From a bacterium (GTDB lineage Bacteria > Elusimicrobiota > Elusimicrobia > Elusimicrobiales > UBA9959): DNA of 64,000 bases. Within the stretch, counting starts at the first letter, position 1. Every line of letters begins with the position of its first letter. Below the pieces are notes generated by a model. The model saw nothing but the letters and a program-made list of their open reading frames with translations, made no database searches and was not told the DNA's origin. The position numbers and the translations under genes are program-made. The DNA lies in the NCBI GenBank assembly GCA_021811185.1, contig JAJZPL010000016.1, positions 1 to 64,000 on the forward strand, in the 5' to 3' direction. Shown one piece after another: positions 47,243-56,724 of this stretch.

Positions 47243-50200
47243 ATGCTTAAACTTTCCACACTGCTCTGCTCCCTGGCCCTGGCCGCAGGCCTTAGCGCCC
47301 CTCTTTGCGCCCTGGACACCGTTCCGCCTACAGCCTCGGTGCTGACCCCGGCGGACGGTTCCTATGTGAATTCCCTCCTTTCTGTCTCAGGCACCGCCGC
47401 GGACGACACGGCCGTGGCGGACGTGCAGCTGGCCATTATCCGGCAGTCCGACGGCTACTACTGGGACGGCGCCGCTTTTATAAGTTCCGAAAGCTGGCTG
47501 GCCGCCTCCTTCGCCGACCCGTCCTGGACCTACGCCTCCCTGCCCGCCTGGGCCGACGGCGAGGCGTACTCTGTCATAGCGCGTTCCTCGGACACCTCCG
47601 CGAACTTGTCCGCCGTCTATTCCACCTCGGTCTTCCATTTCGACAGCGGGCTGCCGGTTTCCGCGGTCACGGCCCCGGTCGACGGGGCTTCCGTCTCCAC
47701 TTTTACCGGCGTAAGCGGAACGGCCTGGGACAGCGGGTCTTTCGCCGCGCAGGTCCGGGTCAAACTGGTGCGGCTCGAGGATAACAAGTACTGGGATGCC
47801 GGGGCCTCGCAGTGGGCCGCGCTCGAAACCTGGAACCTGGCCGCCGGCAGCGCCACCTGGACCTGGGCGGGGCCCGCGCAGGCAGCTCTTACCTCGGGCG
47901 CAACCTATTTCGCCGTTTCGCGCGCCGCCGATCTGGCGGGGAACGTCCAGGTTTCGGAAATAGCCGGCAGCACCTTCGTTTACTCCGGCGTCCCGGCGGA
48001 TTCGGAGCCACCGGCCGCGGCTGTGCTGCAGCCGGGGAATAACGCTTTCCTTAACGCCCTGCCGGGGCTTTACGGGACCGCGGCCGATAATGTCGCCGTT
48101 TCCAGCGTGGCCGTAGCCATATCGCGCGACGACACCGGCCTCTACTGGGACGGCTCGGCCTGGGCCGCCGGTACGGCCTGGCTGGAGGCTTCCGTCTGGC
48201 CCTCTTCGTGGACATATTCCGCGGTTCCGGCATGGGCTGACGCTTCTTCTTACACCGTTACGGCCAAGGCCGCGGATACTTCCGGCAACTGGTCCGTGGT
48301 TTACGCCACGGCGGTCTTCGTATACGACGTTACCGGGCCCGCGGCGGCCGTTACGGACCCTGTCACCGGCACGTATGCTTCTTTCCCTTCCATTTCCGGC
48401 ACCGCCGCCGACCCCTCGGGGGTCGCGCAGGTCGGTGTGAGCGTTCAGCGCCTGAGCGACAGCCTGTACTGGGACGGCGCGGCCTGGAATGCCGCCGCCG
48501 CGTGGAACCTGGCGGCCGGCACCACGTCCTGGCTGTATACCGGCATCAGCAGCGCGGCCCTGGACAGCGGCGCCACCTACGTCTTTACGCTGCGCGCCTA
48601 CGACGCCGCCGGAAACATCTCCTACCCGGCCATTGGCTCCAGCACTTTCACTTATGTTATACCGCCGGAGGGGGAACTGGGCGCCGCGCCTTTCGATGGG
48701 ATAGGCGTTAGCTCGCTCGCGGTCAACTGGGCCACTACCTACCCGGCCGGCAAGACCTATTACGTGCGCTTATCCACGCAGGCCGCCCCCTCGCCGTATC
48801 TTTATTCCGGTTCCGCTTTATCGCCCTCCATGCTTTTTACCGGCCTGACGCCCGACACTTTTTACTACGGTTTTGTCTCCACTTCGCCGGCCTCCGGGTT
48901 CGCCGCCAGCGGTTCCGGGCGCACGCTCGCGGCCGCGCCGGCCGCGGTCGCTTTCTCCGGCGTGGGCTACTCCAGCGCCTCGCTGACGTGGGCGGCCGGC
49001 GGCAACCCGGTTTGGACCGTCTACGCGTACGAGCTTTCCGAGTCGCCGGTTTTCGCCGTGCTGACCTCGTCCGCCTCCGGCGCGGTGCCGGGCGCGGCGT
49101 TTACCGGCCTGGTCCAGGGGACTACCTATTACGGCCGCGTCAGGGCGGAGAACTCCGACGGCGTCCCTACGGCCTATATTAATGCGGCCGCGCCCGCCGT
49201 AACGCAGGTGCTGCTGCCGGCGGGCTCGGTTTCGGGCCTTTCCGGCGCCGTGCTGGGCGCAAGTTCCATCGCGTGGGCCTGGAATTCAGGTTCTCTCACG
49301 GCAGCGGCCTACTTCTCTCTCTATTCCGGCCCCGGCGTGCTGCTGGCTACCGCGCCTTTCGCGGCGTCCGCTTCTTTCACGCAGGCGGGGCTCGGGGCCA
49401 ACACCGCGCATGTGCTGCGCGTAGCCGGCGGCAACGAGAACGGCGAAGGCCCCCTGGCCGCTTCCGCGACCGTCTACACGCTGGCCCAAACGCCGGCCGA
49501 TCCCGCCGCGCAGGTGGCGCTCTCCAGCGCCGTAATAACGCTGGGGCTCAACGGCAATGCCGCCGGCACGGCGCTCCAGCTCTGGCGTTCTTCGGATAAC
49601 CTTTTCTTCACTAACCTTTACGAGGGGGCGGCGCTTTCCTACCCCGACTCCGGTTTAGGCGAATGTTCCGTCTACTATTACAAGGCGCGCGCCAGGAACG
49701 GCGCGGGGTTCTATTCGCCTTTCAGCGGGACCCTCTCCTTTACTACCCTGGCTTCCACGCCCGCCGCGCCGGGCGGCCTTTACGCCGAGGCGCTGGACGG
49801 CGCGCGCATAGCGCTGGCCTGGGAGCCGTCGCCCTCGGCTTCGGTGTCGCGCTACAGCGTTTATTACGACAGCGCTTCCGGCCTGGTGGATTACGCCGCG
49901 CCGCTGGCCGTTGTTTCTCCCGGCGTCACTTCCTGGACCACCCCGGCGCTCGCGGCCGGCAGCGCCTACAAATTCGCGGTACGGGCCGGCGGCGCCTGCG
50001 GCACCGAGGAGCAGAACACCGCTCTGCTGGCTTCGGCGCAGGCCGTTAACCTGCTCAGCGGCGTGCGCGCGGCCATCAAGGTGCCGCAGACCGGCAAGCG
50101 CATAAAAGGCAACATGGTCACCATCGCGGCCGAAATTATCCTCGGCCTGCCGTCGCAGGTGGCGCAGGTGCGCTTCCAGTACAGCCCCGCCGGGGCCGGC

Positions 50201-51163
50201 GCCTGGGCGGACATCCCCGCCGCCAACGTGAACCATCCCAACCCCTGCCCTTCGGCCCCCTACTTCGTACATCTGAACGCGGACGCCCTGGCCGCGGGCG
50301 CTTACGACCTGCGCGCCATAGCCGCGGACGTTTACGGCGCCGCTGACCCGGCCGCCCCTTCGGTTACGGTCGTAGTGGGCGGCGCGGATTACGATATCAG
50401 CGAGAGCGTGTCCGCCGGCGAGCAGAGCAAGGAGCAGAAGATAAATAACGCGGTGACCAGCACCGTGCAAACGGCGGACGATTCCACCGCGCTGGTCACG
50501 AAAGTGGTCATTCCCTCCGGCGCGGTCACCGATTCCACGGCCTCCGTTACGCTGGTGAACAACCCGGGCTCCGTGCCCGCCCCTCCCGTCGGCGCGGATC
50601 CGCTGAGCCTGGCCGTCAAGGTCAACCTTTCCAACGGGCAGAGCCAACTGGCGGGCGGCAGGGCGGCGGCCCTCAGCTTCACCTACAAGGACGACGACGG
50701 CAACGGCATCGTGGACGGCACGCTGGCCCCGGTGGACCGCCTGCGGGTCTATTCCGTTCCCGATTCCGGCGGGGCCTGGACGCCGCTGGCGACCAGCGTG
50801 GACAGGGAAAAGAAAACCGTCACGGCTTCCACCACCCATTTCAGTTTCTTCTCGGTCTTCGCGGCCGCCGCCTCGGGCCTGGGCTCCGTAAAGGTCTACC
50901 CGGTGCCCTGGCAGCCGGGCGCCGGCGGCAGGTTCGACGCCTCGGGCGTGACCTTCAGCGGCCTGCCGGCCTCCGCCAGGATAAAAATTTTCACTATTAC
51001 CGGCGAACTGGTGCGCCTGCTGGAAGTGTCCGCGGCCGACGCCGGGTTCAAGGTCTGGGACGGCGGAAATTCCGAGGGGCATAAAGCCGCCAGCGGCATT
51101 TACCTGGCGGTGGTAAAGGCCGGTTCCGACGAGCGTACCCTTAAAGTGGCGGTGGAAAGATGA
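47243..51163 (+). CDS. Large secreted surface protein with tandem Ig-like and fibronectin-III-like domains and a T9SS/FlgD-Ig-like C-terminal sorting domain
   Basis: Signal peptide; at least four ~110-aa repeats (TAADxxAV...YWDGxAW...SWTY); FN3-like modules; C-terminal ~85 aa VKVYPVPW...IKIFTITGELVRLL...VWDGGNSEGHKAASGIYLAVVKA. Confidence 0.7.
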   Translation: MLKLSTLLCSLALAAGLSAPLCALDTVPPTASVLTPADGSYVNSLLSVSGTAADDTAVADVQLAIIRQSDGYYWDGAAFISSESWLAASFADPSWTYASLPAWADGEAYSVIARSSDTSANLSAVYSTSVFHFDSGLPVSAVTAPVDGASVSTFTGVSGTAWDSGSFAAQVRVKLVRLEDNKYWDAGASQWAALETWNLAAGSATWTWAGPAQAALTSGATYFAVSRAADLAGNVQVSEIAGSTFVYSGVPADSEPPAAAVLQPGNNAFLNALPGLYGTAADNVAVSSVAVAISRDDTGLYWDGSAWAAGTAWLEASVWPSSWTYSAVPAWADASSYTVTAKAADTSGNWSVVYATAVFVYDVTGPAAAVTDPVTGTYASFPSISGTAADPSGVAQVGVSVQRLSDSLYWDGAAWNAAAAWNLAAGTTSWLYTGISSAALDSGATYVFTLRAYDAAGNISYPAIGSSTFTYVIPPEGELGAAPFDGIGVSSLAVNWATTYPAGKTYYVRLSTQAAPSPYLYSGSALSPSMLFTGLTPDTFYYGFVSTSPASGFAASGSGRTLAAAPAAVAFSGVGYSSASLTWAAGGNPVWTVYAYELSESPVFAVLTSSASGAVPGAAFTGLVQGTTYYGRVRAENSDGVPTAYINAAAPAVTQVLLPAGSVSGLSGAVLGASSIAWAWNSGSLTAAAYFSLYSGPGVLLATAPFAASASFTQAGLGANTAHVLRVAGGNENGEGPLAASATVYTLAQTPADPAAQVALSSAVITLGLNGNAAGTALQLWRSSDNLFFTNLYEGAALSYPDSGLGECSVYYYKARARNGAGFYSPFSGTLSFTTLASTPAAPGGLYAEALDGARIALAWEPSPSASVSRYSVYYDSASGLVDYAAPLAVVSPGVTSWTTPALAAGSAYKFAVRAGGACGTEEQNTALLASAQAVNLLSGVRAAIKVPQTGKRIKGNMVTIAAEIILGLPSQVAQVRFQYSPAGAGAWADIPAANVNHPNPCPSAPYFVHLNADALAAGAYDLRAIAADVYGAADPAAPSVTVVVGGADYDISESVSAGEQSKEQKINNAVTSTVQTADDSTALVTKVVIPSGAVTDSTASVTLVNNPGSVPAPPVGADPLSLAVKVNLSNGQSQLAGGRAAALSFTYKDDDGNGIVDGTLAPVDRLRVYSVPDSGGAWTPLATSVDREKKTVTASTTHFSFFSVFAAAASGLGSVKVYPVPWQPGAGGRFDASGVTFSGLPASARIKIFTITGELVRLLEVSAADAGFKVWDGGNSEGHKAASGIYLAVVKAGSDERTLKVAVER

Positions 51164-52143
51164 GGGCCGTGACCGCCGTCTTTTTCGCCGCGCTGCTGGC
51201 CGCCGGCGGCGCCGCGCAGGCCGCTTCCGGCAACGGCACGGTGTCGGGCGCCTTCCTGCGCCTGCCGGCTTCCGCCTCCGGCGCGGGCATGGGCGAGGCA
51301 GGCGTAGCCGTAACGGCCGGTTCCCAGGCCATCTTCGTGAATCCGGCGGGGCTGGCGGCAGTGAAGGGCGGCTACGCCTCTTTCTCTCACGCGGCCTGGG
51401 CGGATTCCCTGGCTTTCAACGCGCTCAGCGCCGCTTATAATACGCCGTACGGCGGCGTGGCCGGCATAGGTTTTCGCAGTCTCTCCTACGGAAAGTTGGA
51501 CGCGGTGGACAATACCGGCGCTCCCGCCGGCAGCCTCGCGCCGCGCGACCTTGCCGCCGAAGCCGGCTGGGCCGCGGACCTGGGCGAAGGCCTGGCCGCC
51601 GGGTTCTCGCTGAAATATATAAATTCCCGCATCAAGCGTTCCGCCACGGCCTTCGCCGCGGACGCGGGCGTGACCAAGCGCGTGGGGCGCACTTTCTTCG
51701 GCGCGGCCCTGCAGAACGCCGGCAGCGGCCTCAAGTTCGGCGACGAGAGCTATCCGCTGCCGATGAACCTTAAACTCGGCGTCGGAGTGCCTTACGGGAA
51801 CAGCCTGCTGGGGGCCTTCGACCTGAACCTGACGCGCGGTTCCAACCCCTGGGTGGCGGTCGGCGGCAAATACACCACGCTGCTGCGCCGCGGCGCGGCG
51901 CTGGTGCTGCGCGCCGGCTACAATACCGCCTCCGGGGATGCCGGAGGGCTCAACGGTTTCGCGCTGGGTTTCGGCATCTCCCTGCCGGACCTGGCCTTCG
52001 ACTACGCCCTGAGGACCATGGGCGAGCTGGGGCCCACCCACCATCTCGGCGTCAGCTTTAAATGGGATACCGCTTCCCCGGAGATAGTTACCCCTTACAC
52101 CCCTTATAAAGCGGCCCCTGGCCGTCTGCGCGCCCCCAGGTAG
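51160..52143 (+). CDS. Outer-membrane beta-barrel protein (PorV/PorP-SprF/UPF0164-like) coupled to the upstream cargo gene
   Basis: Signal peptide; GAFLRLPASASGAGMGEAGVAV...NPAGLA N-terminal motif; alternating beta-strand pattern; C-terminal aromatic; ATGA overlap with the upstream gene. Confidence 0.55.
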   Translation: MRAVTAVFFAALLAAGGAAQAASGNGTVSGAFLRLPASASGAGMGEAGVAVTAGSQAIFVNPAGLAAVKGGYASFSHAAWADSLAFNALSAAYNTPYGGVAGIGFRSLSYGKLDAVDNTGAPAGSLAPRDLAAEAGWAADLGEGLAAGFSLKYINSRIKRSATAFAADAGVTKRVGRTFFGAALQNAGSGLKFGDESYPLPMNLKLGVGVPYGNSLLGAFDLNLTRGSNPWVAVGGKYTTLLRRGAALVLRAGYNTASGDAGGLNGFALGFGISLPDLAFDYALRTMGELGPTHHLGVSFKWDTASPEIVTPYTPYKAAPGRLRAPR

Positions 52144-52214
52144 CCGGGTTTAACGTTTAATCCTGAACAGCCCCTATTTCCCTCCAGGGTATATAATTAA
52201 TATAATTAGCCTCT

Positions 52215-52841
52215 ATGGAGTGGATTTTACAGGTCCCGGTACTATTTTTTTCGGTCATTTTCCACGAATTCGCCCACGGCTATACGGCCTACAGGCACGG
52301 GGACGATACGGCCTATCTTTCCGGCCGCCTTACTTTGAACCCGCTTCCCCATATAGATCCCGTAGGCACGATCCTGCTTCCCGCGGCCTGCATGCTTATG
52401 CATTTCCCCGCTATCGGGTGGGCGAAACCGGTCCCCGTTAATCCCTACCGGCTGCACAGCCCGCGCGCCGACATGGCCAAGGTGGCGGTGAGCGGCCCGC
52501 TCTCCAACATGCTGCTGATAGTGGCGTCCATGATCGGGCTTAAGATAGTCGGCCTGGGCTTTTTGGGGGCTGCTTTGAGCGATCCCCTGACGATAATCTT
52601 CGTCTCGGCCATACAGATAAACCTGCTGCTGGCCGTTTTCAACCTGATCCCGATCTTCCCGCTGGACGGCAGCCAGATAGCGCTGGGGCTGCTTAAAGGC
52701 CGCGCTCTCGAAATTTATGAAAAGCACCTGCCGTACGGGATGTACATAATAATGGGCCTGGTTTTAACGGGCGCCATACAATATATCCTTGCTCCCATTC
52801 TGAACCTGGCGCTGCTGCTGATGTCTTTGGTGCTGGGCTGA
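52215..52841 (+). CDS. Site-2 protease family (M50) membrane metalloprotease
   Basis: HEFAHG (HExxH) in TM1; polytopic; 208 aa. Confidence 0.75.
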   Translation: MEWILQVPVLFFSVIFHEFAHGYTAYRHGDDTAYLSGRLTLNPLPHIDPVGTILLPAACMLMHFPAIGWAKPVPVNPYRLHSPRADMAKVAVSGPLSNMLLIVASMIGLKIVGLGFLGAALSDPLTIIFVSAIQINLLLAVFNLIPIFPLDGSQIALGLLKGRALEIYEKHLPYGMYIIMGLVLTGAIQYILAPILNLALLLMSLVLG

Positions 52842-52861
52842 AAATCCGAAGGTTTAATTCT

Positions 52862-53953
52862 ATGGAAAACAACAAGAAAGACGTGGTGGTTTCCGGCGCC
52901 AGGCCCACCGGCCGGCTGCACCTCGGCAATTACTGGGGCACCCTGAAGAACTGGGCGGAACTGCAGCACAAGTACGACTGCTATTTCTTCGTGGCCGACT
53001 GGCACGCGCTGACCACCGGCGCCGACAAGAGCGAGAGCCTCGCCGCCAATACCCGCGAAATGGTGCTGGACTGGCTGGCGCTGGGCCTGGACCCCGCCAA
53101 GTGCGTCTTCTTCCGGCAGTCCGACGTGAAGGAACACGCCGAGCTGGCGCTGCTCCTGGGCATGGTGACGCCCATCAGCTGGCTGCTCAGGAACCCTACT
53201 TTCAAGGACCAGCTGCAGGAACTTTACAAGCAGAAGTACAAAGGCCAGGAAGACAAAATGAAGAAGGCCGAGGGCGTGACCAGGCAGCTGGCCGAGGCCC
53301 ACGGCGAGGACGCCGAGACCACCGCGCTGCATTCCGACATGGCCGTGATCGGCTTCCTGGGCTACCCGGTGCTGATGGCCGCGGACATCCTGCTTTACGA
53401 CGCCACCAAGGTGCCGATAGGCAAGGACCAGCTGCCGCACCTGGAACTGACGCGCGACATGGTGCGCCGCTTCAACCACGTGTTCGGCGGGCAGACGCTG
53501 ACCGAGCCGGAGCCGCTGTTCACCAGTTCTCCCGTGGTGCCCGGCATCGACGGGCGGAAGATGAGCAAGTCCTACGGCAACACCATAGCGCTGGGCGAGG
53601 ACGCCAAGAGCCTGGAAGCCAAGGTGAAGAAGATGTACACCGACCCGCTCAAGCTAAAAGTGGACGACAAGGGCCACCCCGAGGGCTGCGTAGTCTGCGC
53701 CTTCCACAAGCTTTACAACCCGGAGTGGAAAGTCCAGGAGGACGCCTGCCGCGCGGGCGCCACGGGCTGCGGCGCCTGCAAGAAGCTCCTGATAGAACTG
53801 ATGGAGAAAGAGATCGGCGGCTTCCGCGCGCGCCGGGCGGAGTTCGCCGCCTCGGTGGACGTGGACAAGGTTCTGGCCGAAGGCGCCGCCCGCGCCCGCG
53901 CAGTGGCCTCCAAAAAAATGGCCGCGGCCTCCAAGGCGGCCGGACTCCTATGA
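52862..53953 (+). CDS. trpS: Tryptophan--tRNA ligase with C-terminal Cys cluster
   Basis: Class I HIGH-like PTGRLHLGNY and KMSKS motifs; C-terminal C-x2-C-x17-C-x6-C-x2-C. Confidence 0.85.
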   Translation: MENNKKDVVVSGARPTGRLHLGNYWGTLKNWAELQHKYDCYFFVADWHALTTGADKSESLAANTREMVLDWLALGLDPAKCVFFRQSDVKEHAELALLLGMVTPISWLLRNPTFKDQLQELYKQKYKGQEDKMKKAEGVTRQLAEAHGEDAETTALHSDMAVIGFLGYPVLMAADILLYDATKVPIGKDQLPHLELTRDMVRRFNHVFGGQTLTEPEPLFTSSPVVPGIDGRKMSKSYGNTIALGEDAKSLEAKVKKMYTDPLKLKVDDKGHPEGCVVCAFHKLYNPEWKVQEDACRAGATGCGACKKLLIELMEKEIGGFRARRAEFAASVDVDKVLAEGAARARAVASKKMAAASKAAGLL

Positions 53954-54831
53954 CCGCAATAGACATTCACCTCGAGAATTTCGAAGGGCCGCTCGACCTG
54001 CTGATGCACCTCATCAGGAAGAACAACCTGGACATCTACGATATCCCGCTCTCGCAGATCACCGCCGAGTACCTGCAGTACCTTGAAGTGATGAAGAGCC
54101 TGAACCTGGAGGTGGCGGGGGAATTCCTGGTGATGGCCGCCACGCTGATGCAGATAAAGGCCAAGATGCTGCTGCCCGCGCCCGAGCAGCCCGAAGGCGA
54201 AGGCGGCCCCGACCCGCGCGGCGCGCTGGTGAGCATGCTGGAAGAGTACCAGCGCTACAAGGAAGCCTCGAAGGACATGAACGGGCGCTTCAACAAGTTC
54301 AAGGACGCCTTCTACCGCGGCTCGCCGGTTTTCTCGAGCGAGGACAAGTACCTCGACCTGGATTTCTACGCGCTGATGGACGCGGTCAAGCGCGCCTTCC
54401 ACCGCGCGGAACCTTCCGGCGAGGTGCAGGCCGACCAGTTCCCCATCGAATCCCGCGTGGAGAAGATCCAGAAACTGCTGGAAGGCCGCGAGTGGCTGCT
54501 CCTGGACGAGGTTTTCGCCTCCGAGACCAAGCGCCTGGGCGTGATAACCTGCTTTATGGCCCTGCTCGAGCTCATCAAGCAGCGCAAGATCCTGGTTTCC
54601 CAGGACGAGGCCTACACCGAAGTGCGCATTTACCCGGCGCCCGATCAAGCGCCCGCCGCCGAGCTGCCCCCCGGACCCTTGTTCGCACCCGCTGCGGCCG
54701 AACCCCCTGCCGTTGAAACGCAGGCCGCCGAGGCCGCTCCCGTTGAAACTGAAGCCGCAGCCGAACCTGAGGCTGTCGAGCCCCCGGCCCCCGCGCCCGC
54801 CCCTGAGCAGCCGGAAGGCGGGACGCTGTAG
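53950..54831 (+). CDS. scpA: Segregation and condensation protein A with Pro/Ala/Glu-rich tail
   Basis: IHLENFEGPLDLLMHLIRKNNLDIYDIPLSQIT... ScpA N-terminus; ATGA overlap with trpS. Confidence 0.85.
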   Translation: MTAIDIHLENFEGPLDLLMHLIRKNNLDIYDIPLSQITAEYLQYLEVMKSLNLEVAGEFLVMAATLMQIKAKMLLPAPEQPEGEGGPDPRGALVSMLEEYQRYKEASKDMNGRFNKFKDAFYRGSPVFSSEDKYLDLDFYALMDAVKRAFHRAEPSGEVQADQFPIESRVEKIQKLLEGREWLLLDEVFASETKRLGVITCFMALLELIKQRKILVSQDEAYTEVRIYPAPDQAPAAELPPGPLFAPAAAEPPAVETQAAEAAPVETEAAAEPEAVEPPAPAPAPEQPEGGTL

Positions 54832-54866
54832 ATTTAGTTCCTATTTTTAGCAGGCAAGGACCACTT

Positions 54867-55694
54867 ATGGAAGACGCAGAACTTAAAAAAATACTCGAGA
54901 CCCTTTTGTTCATCACCGACGCGCCGCTGCCGGTTAGCCGTATCGCCCAGCTCTGCGAGATCAAGAACAAGGAACGCCTGGAAGGCGCCCTGCAGGAACT
55001 CCGCAAGAGCTACGACGACGAAGGCCGCACGCTGCAGGTAATGCAGGTGGCCGGCGGCTGGCAGCTGGCGACCAGGCCCGAATACGGCATCTGGGTGCGC
55101 AAGCTTTATAACAACAAGATGACCGTGCGCCTGACGCAGGCCGCGCTCGAGACGTTGTGCATCATCGCCTACAAGCAGCCGCTGACCCGCGCCGAAATAG
55201 AGGCCATCCGCGGCGTTGAAGTGATAGGCCCGCTGGAGACCCTGTCCCAGCGCAAGCTGATCACCGTGGTAGGCCGCCGCGAGACCATCGGCCGCCCCAT
55301 CCTTTACGGCACCACCAGCGAATTCCTGCGCCAGTTCGGCCTGAACTCGCTCGACGCCCTGCCCAAGCTGGAGACCTTCAATATAGAGAACGCCGCGCTG
55401 GGCGCGCAGTCCACCGCCGTGGAACTTATCGACGAGGAAACGGCCGTGGAGACGATCGCGGAAGGCGAACCTCCCGCCGACCCGGTACAGACCGCCGGGA
55501 GCTTCCATGACGCCGCGGCCGCCGGAGGGGCCGCTGAAGAAGTCCCGGCGCAGGAAGCCGTTCCGGAACAGCCGGCGGAAAATATCGAGCCCGCCGCGGA
55601 AGCCGTAGAGGCGCCCGCGCAGGAGCCCGTGGAAGCCGCGGCTGGGGAACAGCCCGCGGAGGCCGCTCCCGAAGAGCCGCGCGACAACAATTGA
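54867..55694 (+). CDS. scpB: Segregation and condensation protein B with acidic tail
   Basis: Two winged-helix ScpB domains (ILETLLFITDAPLPVSRIA...). Confidence 0.85.
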   Translation: MEDAELKKILETLLFITDAPLPVSRIAQLCEIKNKERLEGALQELRKSYDDEGRTLQVMQVAGGWQLATRPEYGIWVRKLYNNKMTVRLTQAALETLCIIAYKQPLTRAEIEAIRGVEVIGPLETLSQRKLITVVGRRETIGRPILYGTTSEFLRQFGLNSLDALPKLETFNIENAALGAQSTAVELIDEETAVETIAEGEPPADPVQTAGSFHDAAAAGGAAEEVPAQEAVPEQPAENIEPAAEAVEAPAQEPVEAAAGEQPAEAAPEEPRDNN

Positions 55695-55710
55695 ATCCGC
55701 CGGATTAACA

Positions 55711-56700
55711 ATGCCTGAAATACGAAAGGACCCGGTCTTCGGCCGTTGGGTGATAATCGCCTCGGAGCGCGCGCTGCGCCCGAACGAGTTCCGCACCGCG
55801 GCGGAAGGCGCGGCCTATTCCTGCCCTTTCTGCGCCGGCAACGAGAAGCTCACCCCGCCCGCCATTTACACGCTTCCGGACGACAAGGGTTCCTGGCGGC
55901 TGCGCGTGGTGCGCAACAAGTACCCCGCCCTGACCGGCGAAGTGTCCGCCGAGAACCGGCGCGACGGCATTTACGACAGCATGGGCGGCATGGGCTTTCA
56001 CGAAGTGGTCATAGAGACCCCGGAGCATAGCCTCAAACTGGAGGACCAGCCGGTGGAAGCCATCGCCGGCGTGATAAAGACTTTCACGCTGCGGGTGAAA
56101 GAGATCAAGAAAGACCCGCGCATCAAGTACGTGATGATCTTCAAGAACCACGGCAGGAACGCCGGGGCCAGCCTGCTGCACCCGCATTCGCAGATCATCG
56201 CCATGCCCATGGCCCCCTTGCGCGCCGTGCAGGAGATAGAGGGCGCGGCGGATTATTTCACCGAGCGCGGCACCTGCGTGTTCTGCGACATCGTGAAGGA
56301 AGAGGCGGCCTTTACGAAGCGCGTGGTGGGCGAGAACGCCGATTTCCTCGCTATCACCCCTTACGCCAGCCGGTTCTCCTTCGAGACCTGGATCCTGCCC
56401 AAGGCGCACGCCAGCCATTTCGAGAACACCGCGGCGGACCAGGCCCTGGCTCTGGCCGGGATCCTAAAGACCACGCTGCGCAAGCTTTCCGCTTCCCTGC
56501 CCGACCTGGCCTACAACCTTATTTTCCATTCTACGCCGCTGCAGGAGCCTGAGTCCGGGCATTACCATTGGCATATCGAGATCATGCCCAAGCTCACGCA
56601 TGTGGCCGGGTTCGAATGGGGCACCGGCTTTTACATCAACACCGTCTCGCCCGAGGAAGCCGCTGAAACGTTGAATTCCGGGAAGAAATATAAAATTTAG
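55711..56700 (+). CDS. galT: Galactose-1-phosphate uridylyltransferase family (HIT-like, class I)
   Basis: Zinc knuckle CPFCAGNE; HPHSQ (HxHxQ) active-site motif. Confidence 0.75.
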   Translation: MPEIRKDPVFGRWVIIASERALRPNEFRTAAEGAAYSCPFCAGNEKLTPPAIYTLPDDKGSWRLRVVRNKYPALTGEVSAENRRDGIYDSMGGMGFHEVVIETPEHSLKLEDQPVEAIAGVIKTFTLRVKEIKKDPRIKYVMIFKNHGRNAGASLLHPHSQIIAMPMAPLRAVQEIEGAADYFTERGTCVFCDIVKEEAAFTKRVVGENADFLAITPYASRFSFETWILPKAHASHFENTAADQALALAGILKTTLRKLSASLPDLAYNLIFHSTPLQEPESGHYHWHIEIMPKLTHVAGFEWGTGFYINTVSPEEAAETLNSGKKYKI

Positions 56701-56724
56701 AGGGTTGGGGAACCAGGAGATCAT

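Noticed and set aside
53101-53949. Upstream extension of the scpA reading frame (576-aa ORF)
   Set aside because: It overlaps trpS in a different frame and translates to Arg/Pro-rich nonsense. The ScpA homology begins at the ATG at 53950.
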